Assembly: GCA_030141605.1 (NCBI GenBank)
Contig: JAQGDQ010000003.1
Span: 1,674,001 to 1,738,000, forward strand
Direction of reading: 5' to 3'
Origin: Tubiluchus corallicola
Lineage: Eukaryota > Animalia > Priapulida
Length of the DNA stretch: 64,000 nucleotides
Part shown: one piece after another, positions 23,675-36,443 of the stretch
Numbering within the stretch: the stretch's first letter is position 1
Layout of the letters: every line of letters begins with the position of its first letter
Notes under the pieces: generated by a model
Database searches by the model: none
Seen by the model: the letters and a program-made list of their open reading frames with translations, nothing else
Told to the model about the DNA's origin: nothing
Made by a program: the position numbers and the translations under genes

Positions 23675-26600
23675 TCAAGCTGTCTGTTTTGGCGGCCATG
23701 TTGCCATTCTTCCTGGAGTAGCTGAAACGTTTCCTCCTTGCCTCCAGGGGACTCCACCCTGAAAACAGAAGATTAAGTTTCTTAACGCAGCTGTAAACGA
23801 AATTCGAAAATAACTTGGACACAAATCTGGTAAACATGTAGTTAATGTGTGCGATATGAATTTATTGAAATTCCTGTTTCATGCAGAATGACATTCTCCC
23901 CTGGCAAAATATCATAAACACCAAGGCCAGTGATATAAAAATCTAGCCCTAAGGGATTTTTTTCTTGGCCGACAAACTATCCCTTTTCACTTTTAATGCC
24001 GCGCTATTACATCTGAAATGGAAATTAACGGCACAATTTCAAGATAACCTTCTTTCGATTCTAGCGTTTCAGCGATCTATTGCTTTGTATATGATCCAAT
24101 TACATGTGCAACCAAGCTATACTGTACTTAAGATTTAACAATTTAAGCACTAAAACTTTAACTAGAAAGTGAATTTACTATTCGTGGATTTTCGCATTTA
24201 CAAGTAAACTACCGAAATTAACCCAAGCAGGTCAACAACTTAAAAAATTTATCCTCTGGATAGTAAACTTTTATTAGTCCAGCTAATCGCATTAGATCAT
24301 ATGTAATAAGTCATATCAAACAACAAACCTGCTGTGACTGTGAAGCAGTATTTTGCCCACCCATCCAAGCAGGTCTCGCAGGCGTGGACTGTTCTGCACT
24401 TGGTGCTGAGCCAGAACCAGGCTGTGGGGTGGCTGTCGGCTGTACAGCTTGCTCTTGTACAGACGTAGGTAACGTACCATCGGCAGAGGGTAACTGAGGG
24501 GGCATAGGTGTTGTGTACATGACCTGCACTGGCTGCTGTGCTCTCTGCCAAGGAGCTGTTGCAGTTGACTGCGATGGATGAGGCTGATTTTGTTGCCGCC
24601 AAGGAATATTTCCAGGTGCTGGTTGAGGAGGCTGTTGCTGTTTCATCCATGGAAGCCTACTTTGCTGTTGAGCTGGCCCAGGAGGAGTCTGTTGACCTGG
24701 CTGTTGCCACGGTGCCTTTTGTTGTTCTTGCCTCTGTGGTGTTGGCTGTTGTTGTTGCTGTTGTGGAGATAATTGCTGATGTTGTTGTGGTGATAACTGT
24801 GGACGCGATTGTTGTTGTTCAGGTGGTGACTGCATTTGAGGTTGTTGATGATGTGCGTGCTGAGGCTGTGGTTGCTGATATGGTTGATTTGCAGATTGTT
24901 GCAAAGAATCTTGTTGAGGCATATTTTGTGTTGGCATTGGCACGGAAGATCCAGTCTCTGTATTTTCACCTACAAGGTTCAGACAGTTAATCAATTCTAC
25001 AGCGTGCAAGCTTGTTACAAGCACATTCGCGATAAATTCATATACACCCATAGTAAGATTATAAATGTTGTCAATATTGCTCAAATAGCTTGAATTTAAT
25101 CTCATTACGTTAAAGTTCTGTCAACAGTAAAAAATTTGGTAACATCTATGTCAAAAATTGACTACTCCAGATTATGAAAATGCTAAAGTCAGACTTTACC
25201 AAACGTTTTGTAAAAAGTGAAGCTAGATAAGACATGTAATGTAAATATTTTTGGTAAATAAACCACTTCTGAACTTTTTGCATTTGCTTTTATTTCTATC
25301 ATGTTGTTAAACGGTTTGCTACCAAGCAGTGTAAGTATAAATGATTATATAAAGCGTCTACTTATTAAAAATATTTTCATCATAGCTAAAATAATGCCAA
25401 CCGACTAACTAATGCTCGAACGACTAAATGCATCGAATAAAGCATTGAACTCGTCATAAAAAAACAAGCGTAACAAAAAGTGCTGCAATTTCTTTCTACA
25501 AAATATATATTATAGCTAAAGCTGACTGCGACTAGCGGCTTGTTGCTTATGCTTGTTATATTACAAATGAAACTACTGTCTATAGTGCGTCAACCTGCTT
25601 CCACATTATCACTTTGTTCCTTGCCCGACATGTCAATAGTTTCATTAAGCATAGATTCCCTCATATGATCTTCGCCTTCAGATTTTTCGCCATCTTGAAT
25701 TTCTGCTTATTTAAAAAGAGAGGCTGATATACACAATTGCAAACCAATGAAGCATATAAATACATATTTAGGACTCTGGCGTTTTCTGTTCAAAAAGGCT
25801 TTAAAGGCGATTTTGCGATATTCCAATTTTGCGCAAAAAGAAAAGTCTTCAACTTACCAGATGGCTTCCAGCCTTTTGCAGCTACATTAAAAGATTCTCC
25901 ATATTCCACGTGTTGACCCTCCACCGTTTCCAAGTGGACATCTTCTAAACCCACAAGATCCTTAAGCTTTGTTTCTGGCACTGGACCAGCTTCCGGCTTC
26001 TTTGGTACTTTACTCTCATCGACCACCCACTTTTCAGATCTTTCTACTCGTTTTTTGAACATTTTTGCACCCTTTCCAGTGGTAGCAGTTTTTAACGTTT
26101 CAGCCAGGTCAAAACACTTTTGTGGCTGAACATGACTGTGATCAGACAGTTCAATGTGTTCAGTCTCTTTCATTTCATCAAAAGCACTTGGCTTTAGTAA
26201 GAACTTTGGAACGCCTTCTGGTGTAAGTTTAACATTTTTAGGAGAAGTTGGCGTGTCGGCCTCTGAAGACTCCTGATCTACAGGCTCGTCTTGGACGTTA
26301 GAATGTGTCCACTTAGCAGCTTTTTTCTGTCGTTTGAAAAACATCTTTGACCCACGAGAATTCATATTGAGAGGCGACGTCAGTGTCTGTGCAACTTTCT
26401 TGCACATGTTCACCTGTTCTTCAATGGTAGGGTAAGCAGTTTCATCTGTTCCAGGTTCGAAGAAAGCTGATGATCCGTACGCCTTTTCTGCAATGATATA
26501 TGATATGCTATTTCATTTAAATGACCTGTTCTTAATAGTTAATACTACCAATTCGCCTTAGAAACTTAGAATGGATCTGATTAAGGTGTAAATTCTTGTT

Positions 26601-28098
26601 TGCACGTGTCAGGTCTCAAAGTCCTTATAATTTCAAATGCATGCAGTACCTAGTACATACACAATCACATAACTTGTATTCTAATTAATTCATAACTATT
26701 CCTGTGTAGAATTGCCGGTATCGGCTTTTGTAGACTTGCACCTAAGTTAACATGACAATATGCTACATTATGCCAAATAAAAAAATGAAGCGTGATCTGA
26801 AATTGTACAAAAAGTCACCTTTTTATAATTTTGTGTTAGTAATACAATGACCTGTTAAACTTGTATCCAACTAAAACTTCGTTTACCATTTGGTAAAAAA
26901 ATCTTTAAAAAATTCTAAAAATCCTTATTCCTTACTGTGTGTAGGAGATAATGGCTCATCTTCTGCTGGTTTTAGTTTTTTAGCAATCTCTTCGGGTAAT
27001 GGTTTGTCTGCTTCTTCAGTAGGTGCAATATGCTCTGTAACTGGTATGGTGGGATCCGGAATATATTCCGCCTCTACCGGAGCAGTTACTTCTGGAACAC
27101 GAACTGGAAGCGGAGGCACGTATGATGGTTGCCACACATTCTTTTTCTCTTCTGGTTCAATTTTAGGAACGCCAAACATAGGTAAGTGCTGAAATTTCGG
27201 TTCATTCTCTTTATTTTCTGGACTGGTGATGCGCATAGTGGTTTCGTGTTTTGTTCGAGTAACTTCAACCCCGTCTTTCATATCTTTGGTGACATCAGTT
27301 CTTCTTTCAATGGTTTTTCTTGCACCTGAGGGCAAAACTTCTTCCTGGACGGTTTTGCTTGGAGGGCCCCAAGGCAAGACTCTCACTGGTGCAGCACCTC
27401 CTTGATGCTCCTGCTGTTGCTTAGAAAGCCAGGCTGGTACGTGTTGTTCCTATAATAGAACAAATGTGTTCTGTTAATAGGTTATGAATGGTGAATCTTA
27501 TAACATGTTCCCAACAAGTCAGCAAGCGGCATGCCAGGTTCTTAAAAATGGCTCTAAACAGAATAGCTTATATTGCACTTAGAAAAGCGAGTTTGGTAAG
27601 AACAGCATTCATTTTTAGTATTCCGTTTCTTCATTTACATAAAGGACGAAAACACGCAAAGGATATTATTGTTAGCGTATGTCGTAAAATCCATTATTGG
27701 CTCCGCCCACAGGTTGTACCCCAGCTATTAAAGATGAACGACGCGTAGCTTTATTACTTTACTGCGTACATAGAAACTGCTAAATTAGGCAAAAATTCAA
27801 TACGGCTGTCATAGAAAATAGATTTCATAATTATTGCTACATTTGAAGTTGCTAGTACGCTAAATGGGTCAGACATCGTCTGTATTCCTATTTAATATTT
27901 GTAGAAATAATATGTGTTAAATTCGCGAGCATAATAACGTAGGCCTAAGAAAAATTATTGGTATTTCTATAATAAAAATCTTACTGATTGTTGGGGTGGA
28001 ACCTGTGATGGAGCTGGCTGCATGGAACCCATTGGTTTTGGGGGAACCATCCCTGGCAAAGCCATGGCTCCTTTCTGTGCCCACGGGGGTGGGGCCAT
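23675..28098 (-). CDS. Calsarcin(myozenin)/synaptopodin-motif, Gln/Pro-rich protein, probable muscle Z-disc component; ~696 aa (660 without the cassette exon)
   Basis: Exons 28098-27985, 27449-26936, 26487-25858, [25702-25595 optional], 24969-24329, 23758-23675, all phase-consistent. Motifs YPTIEEQVNMCKKVA, SRGSKMFFKRQKKAAKW, GKGAKMFKKRVERSEKW and SFNVAAKGW resemble calsarcin/synaptopodin repeats. In-frame stop 3 codons upstream of the ATG. Confidence 0.75.
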
Positions 28099-28985
28099 CT
28101 GTGCTTACTGCGGCGAATCTGTCTTTACCCACGGAGGCTGTAACGTCACCTATAAACAAAGCAAATATATCAGCGATTTGAATGCTATAGCAGCTGGATG
28201 GTGTTATTGTTGCTGTTATTATTGCTGCTGATGTGGCTGTTGCTGCTACTGTTATTATTACTGTTATTGTTACTGCAAGTCTATTATCATCCAGATATTC
28301 AAATTATCTACTGTCTGTTGATGCAATAATTAAGAAAATTAATGTATAATGATTAGATTGTATTTAAGGTGAACTTATGGGTCTCCTCACACGAAGCCAG
28401 CCTTCGCCCGCACACGTCTTGAATATTTTTTACTCGTAATATATTTTAGCGACATTTACATAGTTTGGAGTAAATTTATTGCAAATTCTTTAAATAAACT
28501 AAAATAGCTATCTTTTATTTGTCAATAAAAATATTCTTTAAGAAATACCACTATTTTGCTATTTATTACAAATCAAATTAGCAAGTATTTCAACACAGCC
28601 GTAGTGAAAAAAATGATTTTTTACCAAATTTTGCCAAAGTTTGAGGGCCCCAAGCTTGAAGGTCCGTAGGCTGCAATATATTTTAGCCTATATGATAATC
28701 CAGACCTGCAATTGAATAATGATTTTCTGGCTCGAACAAGTTAATTATGTAGCAAGCCTTGTATTTTTTTCTCGCTCGAATTACTCTTAAAAATGAACAC
28801 TTACATGAATGAACTTCATTCATATTTTGTATTTAAGATCAAGTTGTGCAGTTTCAAAACATTTTCCTATAACGATGATGAGTCTCTCAAAATTAGATCG
28901 TTTTTAAGATTTAGGAGAACCCACACACTGAATTTTTTGATCATCATTTCATTGTGTTCATCTATCTATCAATCTATCTACCTAT

Positions 28986-29160
<175 letters not shown>

Positions 29161-29804
29161 GTTGGCATCTGAGAAGGCTACAGTCACCAAATTTGTAGGA
29201 TTCACGTCTAGGATGAGGCCTTGAAGATGATTGGTGAACTCTGATAGTCGTATGGTTGGAAAATTTGGAATTGCTTAAGGGTCCGTGATAGGTACCAACA
29301 TCTGTAAAATAGGCAATGAGTTTTAATTCATGTTAGCTGGCAAACGCAGAGGGTCATAGACACAAAATCTGCAGGACAGATACCTGGGGTTGACGCCTTA
29401 AAAATAGTATGGTGAACAGTTGATCTCAGTCAAAGCGTCAAGGATACTGGATACCAGTCAGTTTTTTATTGTTATTCCGCCCTCGCCCTCGAGTTTAAAT
29501 TCAGTTTTTTTCACATCAGTTTATTTAGGTATTGTGAAATAAAAGTCTGCAACCTCACTCGTCCAGGTATAGTCAGGTGTAAACACGGTTAGGACGTCAC
29601 GCTCGCGAATTTGGATCTGAATTTACTTATTCTTGTCATTAAAAGATATTGGAAAATACTAACTTGATAAATAGTCTCACAAACAAAATCTGATACATCA
29701 GCAACAGTAGATCAGTGGTATCTACAAAATTAAAATATTTTTGCATGTCTTTTCCTAACCATCGTATCAGAGAAAATTAAGAAACTTAAAGAGTCCTATA
29801 TTAC

Positions 29805-32090
29805 CTGTTCCGGACCAACGTGATCCCAGAATTAATGGAAGGGTGATAAAAATTAGATCCCCTTGTTGTTACTTAAATCATTGCAACGGTTCTGGAACAA
29901 TTATAAAAAGCAAAGTTAATTACGGAGAAAAGTTTTTCCCTATAGCTCTATAGCCATTATGATTTAAATTGGTTAAGCACACCGTTTTGACGTCGTCGCT
30001 TTTGTCATTTTGTCGTAATGTGGGAATTTTTAATATAAGGAACGTGTAGAATAAAAGACAATACTTGTAAAAAATCATATGGCATATCAAACTATTTGCA
30101 CGTGCAGTAAGCAGTCTGCTCTGCAATATACCGTGGCTTATGATGGCTAGCTTAAAGTGTGGCTTCACGCTGTACTAAACAAACGAAACCGCACCGGTAT
30201 AGAGTTCACAAGACCGCTGAAAAGCAGAACCCGGTTAAATTTAGAAACTTTTCTGGTTCTTGTTTGTATTTATTGGAACATGGCGATTTATTCACGGAGT
30301 AACCATCTTCTCCGACTGCTTGTAAAAACTAGAAACCAGCGGTGGGTATTGCTAATTAAAACATACATAAAAGATGCTCAGATTATACGGCATCAATGTA
30401 CTTATTATAAACTACTAGGTGGTTCATTCCTCTTCTACTCTTACAGTTCTTTCTGAGTAAATTACACAAACTGTTCTGTATGCCGTGATTAAGAACTGCA
30501 AGTCATGTAGTAAGCCGAGCTGAGGAACATCTGGCATGAATAGCTTAACACGTGGAGAACACACGTTGTGAATGTGCAGATTCGCTGGCTTCAGCAATTC
30601 CAGACAATTTCGGAATCGAACTTTACGACAATACTTGGCATACAGCTTCACACCCAAATAAAACATATGGCTGATAAACAGTAATTATAAGTAGAACATA
30701 TGCAGAACGTCTAGAAAAATGAGGGACGTGAAATGGATGGAAACTTGTAAAAAGCGGAAGGGTCACATCATGCAAAATTATGACGTTTATTTTTCTGTGT
30801 GATATTACATTTTAATTACGGATTATCATTTTGTCTTTCAAAGTAACAAGGCGGCGGCAGAATATATGCATAAAGTCTGCTAACCGTGCAGTGCTTACAG
30901 CTCTGTCAGTAACACGAATATGGTTTAAAAAAATTCAATACATGTTCTAATGTTTCGATTAGCATAAAAAACCGCAAATCAAATTGATTTATTATGAGGC
31001 TTAGGAAACTGGTGTCATTCCTCAACTATAATAGTGCACTTAAAAATGAATCAGACAATGAATGTTCATTATGCCTTCAAGACTGCAATGTAGTTATTTG
31101 CACACTCGAATGTCGATGAGTAGTTGACGCCTTATTGCCTTTAGTGAAAAGAAAAGTAGAAAGGTTGATTGACTTCAATGGAGAAAGTAATGAAAAAAGT
31201 GGTCAACATCAAAGACACTTATTATGCTTATTAGCATTATTGAAATTGATGATTAGTCACTGCTTCACTTATTAAATTTTGCGACTTGTTACAAAACTTG
31301 GAGAATTCTTAAATCTGGTGCTAAACTAAAGTCGCTAAAAGTTGGAATTTTGTCATCATTTCAGTTGCGACCGTAATGTGTGTTATTGTCTTATTTCGCC
31401 AAGCCAATCATGGGACACTGTGAAATGTGCCCACAAATGGCCATCAGTGAAAGCAACTATATAAAGTGTTCAGCAAAATATAAAAAGAGAGCTCGTGGTT
31501 GAATTTTTGATGTAACAGTTGTGAAAATAAGAAAAGCTTGTTGCCTGTGGAGCTTTAATGAAATTTGTTTATATCAAAATTGTTTGCTGCATGGACATGT
31601 CTAATAAATAAATATTAAAATGATCTAATTATGCGTTTAACTAATGACTTAGTAGTAATAAAACGCAGTTCCTTGTTTTGTTAAAACACAAATTGTAGAA
31701 TGACGCTGCTGTCAGTTATGCCCCAATCATGCATAGCATACATTGCTTTTTATGAACACTTTCTTTCTAAGTGATTGCAATAATTGAAACGATTGTATGA
31801 AACAATTAAATTAAAATGTCAAATTGCACATCTGTGTATGAAAAAAGGTAGAAATTGAAAATTCTACAACTGTCCACTTATTGTAAGTGCGTGTGAATAA
31901 TCTTTAAGCCTGAGTCGAAATTTACATTAACTGCTAACAGATTACTACCAAGTACTTACCTGCCAAAATTTCTCGAAAACTATCAATGATTGAACGGAAT
32001 TTCTGAAAGTTCCGAAAGGAGCACACAGAATGTAAATGGTTCCTAAATGCTCTGTTTTGCTAAAAGCTTACATGCATAACGCACAGCTGA
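29805..32090 (-). other. Candidate 5'UTR exons of the calsarcin-like gene (~32090-31960, 29891-29805, then acceptor at 28149)
   Basis: Strong donor CAG|GTAAGT at 31959. An 87-nt segment bounded by TTCCAG| and CAG|GTAATA. Acceptor TTTATAG| 51 nt before the ATG. No transcript evidence. Confidence 0.4.
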
Positions 32091-33295
32091 CACGGGGAGA
32101 GGAAGATGGGGCAGTATAAAGTTTCTCAGCCGGGTAAAAATATCTTTTCTTGCGTGCGCTGAAACTAGAAGCCGCGCAAGCTAGCAATGATATTCGCATA
32201 AAAAGTCTGATATTCTTGCACTAAACCGGGCTAGTTTGGTCTTGATGTATCAAACTACGATTGACAAATACTTCTGTTAGTGTCTGCTGCAGTTTTATTA
32301 GGCATAAATAATAACATGTTATGACTAATTGAGCAAGACTAACCTATCTACGACACTGTAGGTGTCGCCAGAGTCTGGTATTGCCAAATGCAACATTGTA
32401 TAAATATAGTGGTGACTATAGTTTTCTTTATTATTGCGAGCAATGGTAGTTTTTTAGGTAGTTTTTGCATGTTAATTTTGGAATTATTGCGATTCGAACT
32501 TCCTCTTTCATTTTCACAAGAAGTCAGATTCAGGATCAACTTGATGGTAAAATAAACGCACACTGACATTTAACGATTTAATGAAAAATTATATTTTGCT
32601 TGCCACCTGCAAATGTCTTCCTATATTCACCCATGCAACACTTCTCTGAATGGTTATGCAATGTTAACTTTTCACTAAGACGTCACACCGCGTAGCGCCC
32701 CTGTCTTTTGCACTGCATTGTCTACGGTGCAGGATTGGCTGTTTCTACCACAAGTTTCTACACGCAATTAAATTGGACTTGCTTTTTTTCGTTTCTTATA
32801 ATTTCACTGTAATTGCTGAAAATCTTTTGATAAAAAATGACGAAGTAAACTGTATGGTTGCTTTGCATGTAAATGTGATGTTCACAACAAAACGGGAAAG
32901 GAGCAGCATCGGCCTTAGGGCATTTCGGGCCTTGTACAAAGTGTAAGTATACACTACGGTTTCTGTGGAAAAGCGAGTGTACCCCCACGCCATGGTATAA
33001 GTTAGTTTAAGTGCAGTAATAGCCAATTAGTCATTTTATTATATTTAGCAATTGTTAAGAAGTGCCAATGCCCCTGAAATTAGACTGTGCAAATACCTCT
33101 AAGAGGATGTCAACACCCTTATTATTACTTATAATTAACAAATACTAAGCAACTATTATAAGTACCGCAGATTTTTAAATTTTTAATTAATAATTGGATA
33201 TTTCAATTTAATTAGAATATTCAGCAAAAGTAAATTCGCAAAATAAAGTTTGTAAAAAACAGCAATTTAATCAATTACAGATTTGACAGTTGTAG

Positions 33296-33384
33296 TTTAT
33301 GTTTTATGCTTAAATTGTATGGTTTAGGATTCTTATACTAAGTACAAGAATCCTAAAACATAACATCTAAGCATAAAACATAAA
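33296..33384. repeat. ~44-bp-arm imperfect hairpin with 1-nt spacer
   Basis: TTTATGTTTTATGCTTA..TTTAGGATTCTTATACT-A-AGTACAAGAATCCTAAA..TAAGCATAAAACATAAA. Confidence 0.8.
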
Positions 33385-33533
33385 ATTAACACAGAGCTAC
33401 ATAAACCAGTTACAGGTATACATAACCAACAGAAACATTTTCATTAAGATCGTGATTGTTACTTGTTTATTGGTAAATTTCTGCTATATTTTCGGGTCCT
33501 CGTAAAGTGTGCTGCACAGTTCATACACCCCTC

Positions 33534-33751
33534 AGTGGCATTTATACAGCATGCGGACGTAGATGTGTTTTGGGGTGTGCGGAATAAATAAAATCAGTTT
33601 ATATTGTTTTCAATGCACCCGTTTATGCAGCCTGCGTATGCGTTGGTCTTTTTCTGCAACTATTGTCCATTGATTTTCTCCGCAGGTTATTCCGCAAGCT
33701 GTTCCTTAGTTGGAAAACGCATCCACGTCCGTACGCTGCATAAACGCCACT
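33534..33751. mobile_element. MITE copy 1 (PIF/Harbinger/Tourist-like), ~38-bp TIRs
   Basis: AGTGGCATTTATACAGCATGCGGACGTAGATGTGTTTT ... AAAACGCATCCACGTCCGTACGCTGCATAAACGCCACT; homologous along its length to 47082-47304. Confidence 0.8.
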
Positions 33752-33929
33752 TAAGATCGGCACTGTAAGCTTTCATGTATACATGTACGTTTCCCTCAGC
33801 TGAAACAGTGAAAAGTATAGATAAGTATTAAGCAAGTGCAAACGAAGAAAAATTCAGCCAACTAAAATTACTGAAGTACGTGCAAGACGATCTTTTGGAA
33901 CGTGTAAGCCTGCAATTTCACTCCAGTAG

Positions 33930-34611
33930 GTAAACCAGTCAAAAACAGAAGAATATATACGAGATGGTAATCAGTCTTGGAAAAAGTGCAAGTACATGGG
34001 TACTTTTCTAAACACCGAAGATGATATTAAAAGTAGAAAGCAACAAGCAATACATACTTTCCTTCAGCACAAGAATGTATTAACTACAAAAAATTAAGTT
34101 TCAACGTAAGACAGATTATTTAACGCTAAGGTTACTAACATATTTATGTACAACAGCGAAAGTTGGGGTTTAACGATTACTCAAGAAAAGCAGATTGACA
34201 CATTTCATATATGTCTTCTTAGGAAAGTTTTAAAGATAAGATGTCCATACATAATCAAAAATAAAGATCTATACACCAGAACGAAAGGAATTCTTAGAGT
34301 TGAAAAGTAAAGGCCCGAAGATTAAGATAGCTAGGACATCTTCTAAGATTACCAAATGACGCACCAGTAAGAATCGCCTTAAAGGAAGCCTTGAAACCTT
34401 GCAAACAACCACCAACAAAACAAAAACAACTTGGATAGGTTAAGGTTAGCTAAGATAGATAAAGATGTTCAACAATTTCAACCAAATCTATCTTTAGGAG
34501 TAGAAGAACTTACGCTGTTAGCTGCAGATAGAAGTGGTGGAATACTCTAATAAATGCTGATGCCGCAATGCCTACAATAAGTGGAATGACACTTTGAAGA
34601 AAGAAGAAGAA
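33930..34611 (+). mobile_element. 5'-truncated RTE-clade LINE with (GAA)n tail
   Basis: Translation VNQSKTEEY..KKCKYMGT..EDDIKSRK..IFMYNSESWGLT..QIDTFH..LLRKVLKI..IKNKDLY..RRLR*LGHLLRLP..P..IAL..LAADR; ends GAAGAAAGAAGAAGAA. Confidence 0.8.
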
Positions 34612-36212
34612 ACGTATGGTAAAAAAGCATGCACTCTACTTATTTAGGCCTATGTGCAAAAACAATTTTTATGTTAGTTTTATTTAGTATCTAAGAAACT
34701 GTTCTACTGAGGCGTACTAACAATACAATAGTCTTATTATAGTTACTTTACCTTATTTCAATTATTATAACATAATATGGGGTGCACATACACCACTCAT
34801 CTTAACTACTTAATAACTTTATAAAACAAATTTATGAGACACTTGTATAAATTACGCAAATAGAATTACGCGAGTCTCAAATTTTTTAAAGACAAAATAC
34901 AACAGTGGACCACCTAGTGAAATTTGAACTGATTTACATGTAAGAACCAACAGTTTTAAAAACTGTCTAATCTGAACCAAATAAACTATGTTTAAACAAA
35001 GGGCTATGTTAAAGATATTAAAAACTAAACCTGATAATGATATAGCTCATATAAATGAAACGGGACACTGTTTTGATTTTGATTATGGGTAGAATCGTTT
35101 GTCCTTCAAATTTTTTTTTTGCTGAGTTGTTAATTATATCATTCTCTGATTTAACAGCGTTCAGTTTCCCATTCGTCTTCCAACAAGCATACCTCTCATT
35201 CTTTGATTTCATTCAAAGCTAAATTGCGTTACCTACGTTTGAATCATATCTTCTTTTTTATAACCCTTTATATTACATTAGGCATCAACTATGCTGAGTT
35301 TCAAACTTTATTTTTTTTACATTTGTGAACGATATTGTAGTAAACAAGAAAACACAGTGGCAAATGCAAACGTATCTGGCTTAATTTCGTGTCAAAACAA
35401 GGCATGCTTAAAACATGCGGCTCATGTGCACTATGTGTAGATCTGAACATAGCATATACCTTTGGCTTTTCAATGACTCAAATTATCATAACGATACCGT
35501 GTAATAAAAAAACGGTCGAACTCATACTAACCAAATTTTTGTGAACAAAACCAGCTACAGAAAGGACTGCAAAAAATGGTTTACGGACTGCTACTTAGTC
35601 TGATGTTTCGGTGTCTAACCCTTTAGTCCGCAGTGATGCTTGTAATGTAGCATAATAAGAAATTTTCTACAATGAAATTAATATTCTTGCTATAGTTACA
35701 TAGAATATCTCGTACTCTGCACCGAGCGCAAGCTAATATGACGAGAAATATCTAGGTGCATACCTGCAACCTAGTATTATGAAGCTGTAAGTTGTTATGT
35801 ATGATATTGATGCCAATAATGTTTAACATGCATCAGTCTTTCTTTTGAAACTAGATTAATCACATGTGATCACGCTATGGCTCTCCTTTCTGCTCAATGA
35901 TGTGCGAAAGCTTTACAAATACGTGTGAAGGAATGAAGCCAAAAGAGGGCTGCACGTGCAACGGTTTTGTTGCGTGGCTTCAGTGCGTCACTATGACGCG
36001 GAACCGTATAAGGAGTCACAGACTTTTTTAAATAATAGTATATTTTATATTTTCTGATAAACTTGCATGTGTTTGAAATGTTGTACTATTGCCACTTTGC
36101 ATTCAAGTGCTGTTGAATAAATTGTCTCTAATTCTTTGACGAAAACTGCTTTCGGGAATTAAGCCCATGGTTTTATATCCTATAAACTGAGCTTTCCTGT
36201 AGTTATAGTGCT

Positions 36213-36380
36213 ATGGAAAGCAGCATCAGCGGAAAAAGACTGAAAGTTATCACACAGGTTGATGTAAGCTAAATATTTTTTTCTTATGGTCACTTGAAAC
36301 TTAACTCGTGCATAGATTAGCCACAACCAGGCACATATATGATAGCTCTATCTCTCTCTCTCTTTCTCTCTCTCTCTCTG

Positions 36381-36443
<63 letters not shown>

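Noticed and set aside
24297-25093. Multiple overlapping ORFs on both strands
   Set aside because: Shadow frames of the CAA/CAG/CCA-rich exon 24969-24329; only that frame has matching splice sites and phase.
28099-28149. In-frame VTLQPPWVKTDSPQ* just upstream of the ATG, suggesting stop readthrough or a nonsense allele
   Set aside because: The PPW resemblance is notable, but the candidate upstream exon also has a stop in this frame and no upstream ATG was found, so it is treated as 5'UTR.
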